NCBI GenBank assembly: GCA_964592075.1
Contig: CAZQDY010000006.1
Location: 3,942 to 67,941 of the forward strand
DNA from: an uncultured Gaiellales bacterium
Lineage (GTDB): Bacteria > Actinomycetota > Thermoleophilia > RBG-16-64-13
Reading direction: 5' to 3'
Length of the DNA: 64,000 nucleotides
Positions 36,840 through 44,539 of the stretch are shown piece by piece. Made by a program: the position numbers and the translations under genes. The notes under the pieces are model-generated. The model was not told the DNA's origin. It saw only the letters and a list, made by a program, of their open reading frames with translations, and made no database searches. The first letter of the stretch is position 1; every line of letters starts with the position of its first letter.

Positions 36840-37712
36840 ATGACACTCGACTCAGCCACAGTCCGCAGGGTACCCACCGGCCCGGCCCGCAAGGGGCCCA
36901 CGGGTATCGAGCCGGCCCGCCTCACCGCCGGACAGCCGGGGACCACGCGAGGCGCCGCGGCGCGAGAAGGCAGGCGGGCGGTCATCGACGGAACGAGCGT
37001 GTACTACAAGACCCTCAACGAGCAGATACGGGAAGAGATCGAGCAGGGCGCTGTCGAGGTGGTTCTGGAGAACATAGTCGGCCAGCGCTACATAGGCACC
37101 GGCCTCGCCTACCCGGATGTGACCGTGACCGTGAACGGCGTGCCCGGCAACGACCTGGCGGCTTTCATGAACGGCCCCACCCTCGTGGTCAACGAGAACG
37201 CCCAGGACGGCGTGGCCAACACCATGAATTCCGGTCTCGTGATCGTCAACGGTAACGCCGGCGACGTGCTCGGCTACGGCATGCGAGGCGGCTCCGTGTA
37301 CGTGGGGGGTGACGTCGGCTACCGCGTGGGCATCCACATGAAGGCCTTCGGCGCGAGCCTGCCGCTCATCGTCGTCGGCGGTCACGCCCGGGACTTCCTC
37401 GGAGAGTACATGGCGGGGGGCGAGATCGTGGTGCTGGGGATCGGCGACGACGACTCCTCCGTCGTCGGGTCGTATGTCGGCACCGGCATGCACGCGGGAG
37501 TCATGTACGTGCGCGGCCACGTGGCCGCGCACCAACTCGGCAAGGAGGTCCGCGTGGAACAACCCGGCGAGGCCGACCTTGTCCGTATTGCAGCCATCGT
37601 GGACGACTACTGCCGGGTGATGGAGCTCGACCCGCGGGAAGTGCTGCAGAGACCGTTCGTCAAGATCTATCCGTTCACCTCGAGGCCTTACGGCCGCATG
37701 TATGTCTACTAG
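36840..37712 (+). CDS. glutamate synthase GXGXG-motif domain protein (archaeal-type GOGAT, domain 3)
   Basis: Repeated beta-helix GxGxG-type segments (…LVIVNGNAGDVLGYGMRGGSVYVGGDVGYRVGIHM…VVLGIGDDDSSVVGSYVGTGMHAGVMYVRGHV…); ATG 36840 preceded by gaggagcagg. Confidence 0.85.
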   Translation: MTLDSATVRRVPTGPARKGPTGIEPARLTAGQPGTTRGAAAREGRRAVIDGTSVYYKTLNEQIREEIEQGAVEVVLENIVGQRYIGTGLAYPDVTVTVNGVPGNDLAAFMNGPTLVVNENAQDGVANTMNSGLVIVNGNAGDVLGYGMRGGSVYVGGDVGYRVGIHMKAFGASLPLIVVGGHARDFLGEYMAGGEIVVLGIGDDDSSVVGSYVGTGMHAGVMYVRGHVAAHQLGKEVRVEQPGEADLVRIAAIVDDYCRVMELDPREVLQRPFVKIYPFTSRPYGRMYVY

Positions 37713-37748
37713 GGTCCGCGATCGCCGCCACCCGGAAAGGAGCAATCG

Positions 37749-39080
37749 ATGACAGACAAGCTGACCAAGGAGGATGTCCTTCGCATCGTCGAGGACAAGC
37801 AGATCAAGTTCGTACGCTTCTGGTTCACCGACGTGCTCGGCAACCTGAAGAGCTTCGCCGTGACGCCGGCTGAGTTGGAGGGCGCGTTCGAGGAGGGCAT
37901 GGGCTTCGACGGCTCTTCGATCGAGGGTTTCACCCGCATCGAGGAGTCCGACATGGTGGCCTATCCCGACCCCGGCACCTTCGCGGTGCTCCCGTGGCGC
38001 GCCGGAGCCGGCGGCGCCGCCCGCATGTTCTGCGAGATCCGCACTCCCGACGGCGGTCCGTTCCCGGGCGATCCCCGCAACGTGCTCAAGAAGGTGGCAG
38101 CCAAGGCCGGGGCCATGGGCTACACCATGAACGTGGGCCCTGAGCTGGAGTTCTTCTACTTCCAGAACAGCTGCGGCACCGACGTGCTCGACCAGGGCGG
38201 GTACTTCGACCTCACCACGCTGGACGCCGGCAGCGACCTACGCCGCGACACCATCAACGCCCTGCACGCCTTCGGGATCCAGGTGGAGTATTCCCACCAC
38301 GAGGTGGCCCCCTCGCAGCATGAGATCGACCTCCGCTTCAAAGACGTGCTCACCATGGCCGACCAGGTCATGACCTACCGCCTGACGGTCAAGGAGATCG
38401 CCCAGCAAAAAGGGCTCTACGCCACCTTCATGCCCAAGCCCATGTTCGGGGTGAACGGATCGGGCATGCACGTCCATCAGTCCCTCTTCAAGGGCGCCAG
38501 CAACGCCTTCTTCGACGCGAACGACGAGTACAACCTCTCCAAGGTCGGCAAATCCTACATCGCGGGACTGCTGGCCCACATCAAGGAGATAGCCCTGGTG
38601 ACCAACCAGTGGGTGAACTCCTACAAGCGCCTGGTGCCCGGCTACGAAGCCCCGGTGTACATCTGCTGGTCGCGCCGCAACCGCTCCGCCATGGTGCGGG
38701 TGCCACTCTACAAGCCGGGCAAGGAGAACGCCACTCGCATCGAGCTCCGCAACCCCGACCCGGCCTGCAACCCCTACCTGGCCTTCGCGGCTATGCTGGC
38801 CGCCGGTCTGGACGGCATCGAGAAGGGCATGGAGCTGCCGCCCGAGGCGAGCAACAACATCTACCACATGACCGACGAAGAGCGGGCCGCAGCCGGCATC
38901 GACTCACTGCCCGAGGACCTCTACCAGGCCATCAAGGAGTTCGAGAAGTCAAGCTTCGTGCGCGAAGCGCTGGGAGACCACGTCTGCGACTACCTCGTCC
39001 GCAACAAGTGGGCCGAGTGGAACGAGTACAAGACGCTGGTCACCCCCTACGAGATCTCGCGCTATCTGCCCCTCCTCTAG
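37749..39080 (+). CDS. glnA: glutamine synthetase type I (GSI-alpha-like, 443 aa)
   Basis: MTDKLTKEDVLRIVEDKQIKFVRFWFTDVLGNLKSFAV…; catalytic motifs …MPKPMFGVNGSGMHVHQSLF…; RBS aaggag 7 nt upstream; no adenylylation-loop extension. Confidence 0.95.
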   Translation: MTDKLTKEDVLRIVEDKQIKFVRFWFTDVLGNLKSFAVTPAELEGAFEEGMGFDGSSIEGFTRIEESDMVAYPDPGTFAVLPWRAGAGGAARMFCEIRTPDGGPFPGDPRNVLKKVAAKAGAMGYTMNVGPELEFFYFQNSCGTDVLDQGGYFDLTTLDAGSDLRRDTINALHAFGIQVEYSHHEVAPSQHEIDLRFKDVLTMADQVMTYRLTVKEIAQQKGLYATFMPKPMFGVNGSGMHVHQSLFKGASNAFFDANDEYNLSKVGKSYIAGLLAHIKEIALVTNQWVNSYKRLVPGYEAPVYICWSRRNRSAMVRVPLYKPGKENATRIELRNPDPACNPYLAFAAMLAAGLDGIEKGMELPPEASNNIYHMTDEERAAAGIDSLPEDLYQAIKEFEKSSFVREALGDHVCDYLVRNKWAEWNEYKTLVTPYEISRYLPLL

Positions 39081-39096
39081 ACAGCACCCGAAGACC

Positions 39097-39141
39097 GACA
39101 GCCACCCTGCTGTCCGCCCGGCGGCCCCGGCCGCCGGGCGG
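39097..39141 (+). terminator. tandem GC hairpins downstream of glnA
   Basis: gacagc-caccct-gctgtc followed by ccgcccggcggcc-cc-ggccgccgggcgg (13-bp perfect stem). Confidence 0.55.
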
Positions 39142-39283
39142 TGCATCCACCGGTGACGCCGCAGACACCGAAGCCGGCGAAGCCCCGCTGGCAAGCGAAG
39201 CCGGGCTGGCTGACAGGGTCCTGCTACCGTGGGACGGCCGCGAGTGGAAATCCTCGTCTACAAGACTGACGCTGAGGTGTAGG

Positions 39284-39369
39284 CTGTGGGCGTACACGTC
39301 GGTGGAGGAGTCGCGATGCGCCCATCGCGCAGCCGGAACCGGCGTGTATGCCCACAGCCCCACTCATAG
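39284..39369 (+). promoter_or_regulatory. candidate cis-regulatory leader: 14-bp inverted repeat enclosing a strong SD plus 17-codon Arg-rich upstream ORF, immediately before ybjQ
   Basis: ctgtgggcgtacac (39284-39297) pairs with gtgtatgcccacag (39344-39357); nested hairpin gcgatg-cgcc-catcgc; ggaggag then ATG at 39316 encodes MRPSRSRNRRVCPQPHS* ending at 39369, 10 nt before the ybjQ TTG. Confidence 0.3.
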
Positions 39370-39379
39370 GGAGAAGACC

Positions 39380-39712
39380 TTGGACCACAGGCTGACCACT
39401 ACCGCTCTCACCATCCCCGGCTACCGCGTCACCCGCACTCTGGGTGTGGTGCGCGGGGTGACCGTGCGGGCCCGCTGGATCGGCAGCCAGATCACCGCCT
39501 CGCTCCGCACGCTCGGCGGCGGGCAGATCCCCGAGTACATCGAGCTATGCGAGCAGACCCGCGCTGAGGCCTTCGCCTGGATGGTGCAGCATGCCGAGCA
39601 GATGGGCGCCAACGCGGTCATCGCCGTCAGATACGACGCCACCGACCTGGGCAACAACATGACCGAGGTGTTGGCCTATGGCACCGCCGCCATCGTCGAG
39701 CCGGAGCAGTAG
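39380..39712 (+). CDS. ybjQ: YbjQ/UPF0145 family protein (DUF74)
   Basis: …ALTIPGYRVTRTLGVVRGVTVRARWIGSQITASLRTLGGGQIPEYIELCEQTRAEAFAWMVQHAEQMGANAVIAVRYDATD…; TTG start with RBS agggagaag. Confidence 0.7.
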   Translation: MDHRLTTTALTIPGYRVTRTLGVVRGVTVRARWIGSQITASLRTLGGGQIPEYIELCEQTRAEAFAWMVQHAEQMGANAVIAVRYDATDLGNNMTEVLAYGTAAIVEPEQ

Positions 39713-39735
39713 GGCGCACAGCCGGTCTCCCTTCG

Positions 39736-40077
39736 CTACGCCAACGCCGACACGCCCGTTTCGCCCGTGCGGATGCGCAGGCATTCGCCCATCTCAAGGA
39801 CGAAGATCTTGCCGTCGCCGATGCGGCCGGTGCGGGCGCCGCGCGCGATGGCGTCCACCGCCTGCCAGACGTTGTTGTTGCTGACCGCCACCTCCACCTT
39901 GATCTTGTGAAGGAGGCCGCCCCTCTCCACATGGCTCCGATATACCTCAGCGATGCCCTTCTGCCTGCCCCGGCCCATGACGTCGGAGACGGTCAGGAGA
40001 AAGACCTCCTCTTCCTCCAGCGCGGCCATGACCTCGTCCAGCCTGTCGGGCTGGATGATGGCGATGATGTACTTCAT
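39736..40077 (-). CDS. glnK: P-II nitrogen regulatory protein (GlnK-type), copy 2
   Basis: MKYIIAIIQPDRLDEVMAALEEEEVFLLTVSDVMGRGRQKG…; 113 aa; T-loop lacks the Tyr51 uridylylation site (YRSHVERG). Confidence 0.9.
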   Translation of the reverse strand: MKYIIAIIQPDRLDEVMAALEEEEVFLLTVSDVMGRGRQKGIAEVYRSHVERGGLLHKIKVEVAVSNNNVWQAVDAIARGARTGRIGDGKIFVLEMGECLRIRTGETGVSALA

Positions 40078-40210
40078 CACGTTCACTCCCGATGGAAATG
40101 GTCCACTCAGCCGGCGCGCGACCACAAAGACGGTCCGGCCCATTACAGCGCCCGACGCACCGGGTGGGAACTGCCAAAAGCCCAGAGACAGGGCGCGCAG
40201 GATGGCCACC

Positions 40211-40552
40211 CTAGCCGATGGCCACGCAGCCGGTCTCCCCGGTGCGGATGCGTATGCACTCCTCGAGATCGAGCACGAAGATCTTGCCGTCACCGATGTT
40301 GCCCGTCCGCGCCCCTCTGGTGATGGCCTCGATGGCCGGGATGGCGAACGCGTCGTTCACGGCGATCTCCACCTTGACCTTGCGAAGCAGCCCTCCGCGC
40401 TCCACATGGCTGCGATAGACTTCGGCGACCCCCTTCTGCCGGCCCCGGCCCATGACGTCCGACACCGTGATGAGGTTGACCTCTTCTTCCTCCAGCGCGG
40501 CCATGACCTCGTCGAGGCGGTCGGGCTGGATGATGGCGATGATGTACTTCAC
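40211..40552 (-). CDS. glnK: P-II nitrogen regulatory protein (GlnK-type), copy 1, directly downstream of amtB
   Basis: MKYIIAIIQPDRLDEVMAALEEEEVNLITVSDVMGRGRQKG…; tandem paralog of 39736-40077 with a 133-bp spacer. Confidence 0.9.
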   Translation of the reverse strand: MKYIIAIIQPDRLDEVMAALEEEEVNLITVSDVMGRGRQKGVAEVYRSHVERGGLLRKVKVEIAVNDAFAIPAIEAITRGARTGNIGDGKIFVLDLEECIRIRTGETGCVAIG

Positions 40553-40575
40553 TCTTCCGCTCCTTCCCTGCCGGT

Positions 40576-41811
40576 CTAGCCGACCAGCGTGTAGGCGGAT
40601 TCACTGTGCTGGGTGAGATCGAGGCCTATGCCCTCGTTCTCTTCGCTGACACGCAGGCCCACGACCTTGTCCACCAGCTTCAACAATCCATACGAAAGGA
40701 CGAAGGAGTACGCGGCGCACACCACCAGGGCGACGAACTGCCACAGGAGCAGCCTGCCGTTGCCGTGGAAGACACCGTCCGCGCCTGCGGGATTGATGAC
40801 AGTGGTGGCCCAGAAACCGGTGAGGAGGGCGCCCAGCATGCCGCCTATACCGTGCACCCCAAAGGCGTCGAGCGAGTCGTCGTAGCCGAGCCTGCCCTTC
40901 ATGACCACGGCGGCCAGATAGCACACCAGCCCCGCGAGGGCGCCGATGCCCAGGGCACCGAGCGGCGTCACGAAGCCCGCGGCCGGAGTCACGGCCACCA
41001 GACCGGCGACCGCGCCTGATATCGTCCCCAGGGCCGTGGGGCGCTTGCCCTTGATCCACTCCACCGCCGCCCAGGCAACAGCCGCCGCCGCGGCGCCCAG
41101 CTGCGTCGCCACGAAGGCCGACACCGAGAGCCCGTTCGCTCCCAGAGCGCTGCCGGCATTGAAGCCGAACCAGCCGAACCAAAGCAGAGCCGCCCCCAGG
41201 ATGGCGAACGGAAGGTTGTGGGGTGGCGAGGTGTCCGGGTACCCCTTCCGCTTGCCCAAGACGAGCGCCGCGGCCAGGGCCGCCATGCCGGCGTTGATAT
41301 GCACCACCGTGCCGCCCGCGAAATCGAGGGCTCCCAGGTCGCGCAGCCACCCGCCCACTCCCCAGACCCAGTGCGCCATGGGGTCGTAGACGATGGTCGC
41401 CCAAAGAACGGAGAAGAGCAGAAAGGCGCTGAACTTCATGCGTTCCGCGAAAGCGCCGATGATGAGGGCCGGCGTGAGGACGGCGAACATCATCTGGAAG
41501 ACCATGAAGAGCGTGTGCGGGATGGTCGCGGCATAGTCGGCATTGGGTTCGGCGCCCACCCCGATCAGAGCCGCCCAGCTGAAGTCCCCGATGAATCCTC
41601 CGTGGTCGGGGCCGAAGGCCAGACTGTATCCGAAGACCACCCACTGTATGCTCATCACTCCGAGCAGCATGAAGCACTGCATCATAATCGAGAGCACGTT
41701 CTTCCGCCGGACCAAGCCGCCATAGAAGAAAGCCAGCCCCGGAGTCATCAGCATCACGAGCGCGGTGCTGACGATCATCCAGGCGGTGTCTCCGGTGTCG
41801 ATCTCCGCCAT
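40576..41811 (-). CDS. amtB: ammonium transporter (Amt family)
   Basis: MAEIDTGDTAWMIVSTALVMLMTPGLAFFYGGLVRRKNVLS…; 11-TM Amt signature; start set at MAEID (the 5' extension in the ORF track is unlikely). Confidence 0.9.
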   Translation of the reverse strand: MAEIDTGDTAWMIVSTALVMLMTPGLAFFYGGLVRRKNVLSIMMQCFMLLGVMSIQWVVFGYSLAFGPDHGGFIGDFSWAALIGVGAEPNADYAATIPHTLFMVFQMMFAVLTPALIIGAFAERMKFSAFLLFSVLWATIVYDPMAHWVWGVGGWLRDLGALDFAGGTVVHINAGMAALAAALVLGKRKGYPDTSPPHNLPFAILGAALLWFGWFGFNAGSALGANGLSVSAFVATQLGAAAAAVAWAAVEWIKGKRPTALGTISGAVAGLVAVTPAAGFVTPLGALGIGALAGLVCYLAAVVMKGRLGYDDSLDAFGVHGIGGMLGALLTGFWATTVINPAGADGVFHGNGRLLLWQFVALVVCAAYSFVLSYGLLKLVDKVVGLRVSEENEGIGLDLTQHSESAYTLVG

Positions 41812-41882
41812 GTCTACCCTCCTCCATCCGGCCGGCCAGGGCTCCACCAGGAGCCGACCACTCGCCGGCGCGATTGCCGTGA

Positions 41883-41901
41883 CATGGCAATTACAGCGGA
41901 G
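41883..41901 (-). promoter_or_regulatory. palindromic candidate operator ATTGCC-N7-GGCAAT about 72 nt upstream of amtB
   Basis: attgccgtgacatggcaat (15 of 19 positions self-complementary) in the amtB / PucR-regulator intergenic region. Confidence 0.4.
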
Positions 41902-41996
41902 GAGAGTCGAGAAGGTTATCGCCTAATGTACGATAGATAGGCTGCTTTGTTGGCCTTATGTATATAAGTGGCCGGTCCAGAGGGGTGAGCGGGCTC

Positions 41997-43649
41997 CTAA
42001 CTCGTGATCAGACTCCGCGCCTTCAGCCCCAGACCCAGCCGCTCCTTGTGCTCGGTCTCAAAGGGGTTGAGGCCGCTGATCTCGGCGATCTTCTCCAGGC
42101 GATAGCGGATGGTGTGCCGGTGCGCGTAGAGCTCGGCCGCGGTCTCAGTCAGACGTTCGTTGTTCTTGAAGAAGACGGCAAGGGTCCGGGTGAGCTGGGT
42201 GCCGTTCGCTTCGTCATAACGGTCGACCGGCCCGATGGTGTCCTCGTACAGGGCCTGGATTTCTCCGGGGTCCCGCTCGTAGATGTCGAGCAGGAGCCGG
42301 TAGGTGCCCACGTCATAGAAGTGCATCACGCTGCCGGGCCCCTCCAGTTTCCGCCCCACTTTGAGGGCGACCAACGCTTCCTGGTAGCCTCTATCCATCT
42401 GCGCGGCGTACGCCGTGAATCCCCCGATGCCCACCGAGGTGCTCAGGCCGACGGTGTTCTGAGCCGACTCCTGGAGCGAGGCCGCCAGCCGTCGGAGCGC
42501 TATGGGATCATGAGCGGTGGCCCCGCAGACGAAGATCACCACCCGCCCCGACTTGAGACTGACGAGCGACGAGACCTCCGACCGGGCGACAAGGCGAGAG
42601 GAATGAGTGAAGAACTGTTCCATCTTCCTGTCCAGCTCCTCCTGGTCGAGACCCCGCTGGTGGACCAGCCCGTCGGCCTCGTCGATCCCCACCAGGACCA
42701 CCGCGGCCCCCTGACTCAGATCGCATCCCAGGAAAGAACCCCGCCTCAGCAGCGAATCCCCCGACCTCTCCCCTCCGCTGATGACGTCGTCGACGAAGTC
42801 GCCCTTCAGACGCACCTCGGTCTCGAAACGCACCCGGTCTTGAGCCATCTCGAGAGCCGCGATGGTCGCTGAGTGCTCGAGGATCAGCACCTCGTTGTCC
42901 GATAGAGCCTCGGCGTCGGTCAGCGCGCACAGATACCCGAGCCGCTCACGGCTGGCCACGATCGGCAGGGCGAACATCGAGGCCATAGAGTCCTCCTCGA
43001 CCCGGAAGGGCTTCTGGCTCGAACCCATCACCGCGAAACGCTCCCGCGTCTGCGGGCGTCGCAGGCCGGCGACGAGGTCGGCCGCCGCCACGGGCAGGTC
43101 GCCAGAGGCCGCCAGGAGCTCGAACGACGCGTCCATGATCACCACGGGGCTCTCCAAGAGACGCGACGCTTCATCGGCAAGCTCCACCCAGCCCCCTCCC
43201 CGGATGACTATGCCCAGCAGATCCCGATGGACCGACTGGGACTGCTCGAGCTGAGAGGCCTGACGATTGATGATCACCTCGGTGGCGTCCTGCATGAGGC
43301 GGGTCCAACGCAGGCTCTGCGGCACCTCAACGATCGGGAACTTCCTCTTCTCCGCCAGCTCGATGATGTCGGCGGGCAGGTTCTCCACAAAACGGGTGGT
43401 CTTCACGAAGAGCGCGGCGGCGTCGGCCATCATCACCCGTTTGCAGAACTCGCGCTGCCTCTCGGGATCGCCTTTGACGGCGAAGAGAGTGGAAAGGACC
43501 AACTCCCCTCCCGACAACCACTCGGCGATGTCGGGGACCTCCCCCACCGTCACCGAGGTGACCCGGCGCTCCAGCCCGTCCTCGCCCGCGAGCAACCGGG
43601 CGTCGTCCAGCACGGGAAGCGCAAGGATCTGTCTGACCGTCACAGGCAT
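41997..43649 (-). CDS. PucR-family transcriptional regulator (PucR C-terminal HTH plus N-terminal sensory/GGDEF-like region)
   Basis: C-terminal HTH …TETAAELYAHRHTIRYRLEKIAEISGLNPFETEHKERLGL…; 550 aa. Confidence 0.8.
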   Translation of the reverse strand: MPVTVRQILALPVLDDARLLAGEDGLERRVTSVTVGEVPDIAEWLSGGELVLSTLFAVKGDPERQREFCKRVMMADAAALFVKTTRFVENLPADIIELAEKRKFPIVEVPQSLRWTRLMQDATEVIINRQASQLEQSQSVHRDLLGIVIRGGGWVELADEASRLLESPVVIMDASFELLAASGDLPVAAADLVAGLRRPQTRERFAVMGSSQKPFRVEEDSMASMFALPIVASRERLGYLCALTDAEALSDNEVLILEHSATIAALEMAQDRVRFETEVRLKGDFVDDVISGGERSGDSLLRRGSFLGCDLSQGAAVVLVGIDEADGLVHQRGLDQEELDRKMEQFFTHSSRLVARSEVSSLVSLKSGRVVIFVCGATAHDPIALRRLAASLQESAQNTVGLSTSVGIGGFTAYAAQMDRGYQEALVALKVGRKLEGPGSVMHFYDVGTYRLLLDIYERDPGEIQALYEDTIGPVDRYDEANGTQLTRTLAVFFKNNERLTETAAELYAHRHTIRYRLEKIAEISGLNPFETEHKERLGLGLKARSLITS

Positions 43650-43737
43650 GGTGAAACGAAAGATAGCAGAGTGGTCACGGACCGTGCCCGCCGCCTATAC
43701 AGCGTCTGGTGTGCCGCCCGTCGCGGAGGGCTCGGCG

Positions 43738-44142
43738 TCAGTCCATGACCTGACTGCTCAGGATCGCCACAACAGACCCCGTGTCGGGCTCCAGTCGCTC
43801 CGGGCTGATCGCCCTACCCCCCGACTCCATATAGATGCCGACTCTGACTCGCCTGCCCCTCACATGCACCCATGTGGCGGAGACCAGAGAGAACCGTCGC
43901 CCCGTCGAAGAGCCCTCGCTCCGCGCTAGATAGCGTCTGAGGTCCTGTGTCCGCAAATCGATGCCCGGCGGCATTCCCACCTCCCCAGGCATATCTGGGG
44001 CGCTACTGGCTCCCAGCAGGTTGCCCAGGCGATCGAGCAGGACGATGCCGTACGTCGGCTGCGCAGAGGGCTTAGGGCGGCATGCAGGCACCCCTGGAAC
44101 AACAGGCAGTGGAACGACCCGGCTATGCACGAGTCCGCTCAT
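43738..44142 (-). CDS. hypothetical protein (low confidence)
   Basis: ORF with Pro/Gly-rich low-complexity translation (MSGLVHSRVVPLPVVPGVPACRP…); placement upstream of, and co-oriented with, the PucR regulator is the only support. Confidence 0.2.
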   Translation of the reverse strand: MSGLVHSRVVPLPVVPGVPACRPKPSAQPTYGIVLLDRLGNLLGASSAPDMPGEVGMPPGIDLRTQDLRRYLARSEGSSTGRRFSLVSATWVHVRGRRVRVGIYMESGGRAISPERLEPDTGSVVAILSSQVMD

Positions 44143-44539
44143 CTTCGCCTCAAGATTCGACCCGTCAGGAGCAGTCACTGGGGCGCCCTGAATGTCCCAC
44201 TCCGGCCGGGGGAACGCAAGACGAGCCACCGGAGATTCCCGCAATTTGCAGCAGAAAGAAAAAGACGCAATGAGCGGTGTTTTGGACGGCCCGCCCTGGG
44301 AACGGTTCGCTCCGGCCGTGAGAAACACGGCGAGGCTCTGCGGTGCCCAGCGGTGTTTCGCGAGGGGCCTCTCGCAGCCTCCGACCACGTGGCCTGAGCC
44401 GAAGCGCCCCGGCGCATGGTAAGATTTCGGGGCCGGAATCCACGATAGAATCGGCGGTCAATCCGTGCCGGGGTGTTGGGGGACGCCACCATCGGTGCGG
44501 TTCTCTTTGTGGCGCTATAGCGGAGGCTTCGCACTTACG

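Noticed and set aside
43738-44388. 216-aa minus-strand ORF upstream of the PucR regulator
   Set aside because: Largely Pro/Gly/Ser-rich low complexity, overlapping plus-strand ORFs of similar quality. Only the distal 134 codons were retained, as a very low-confidence hypothetical.
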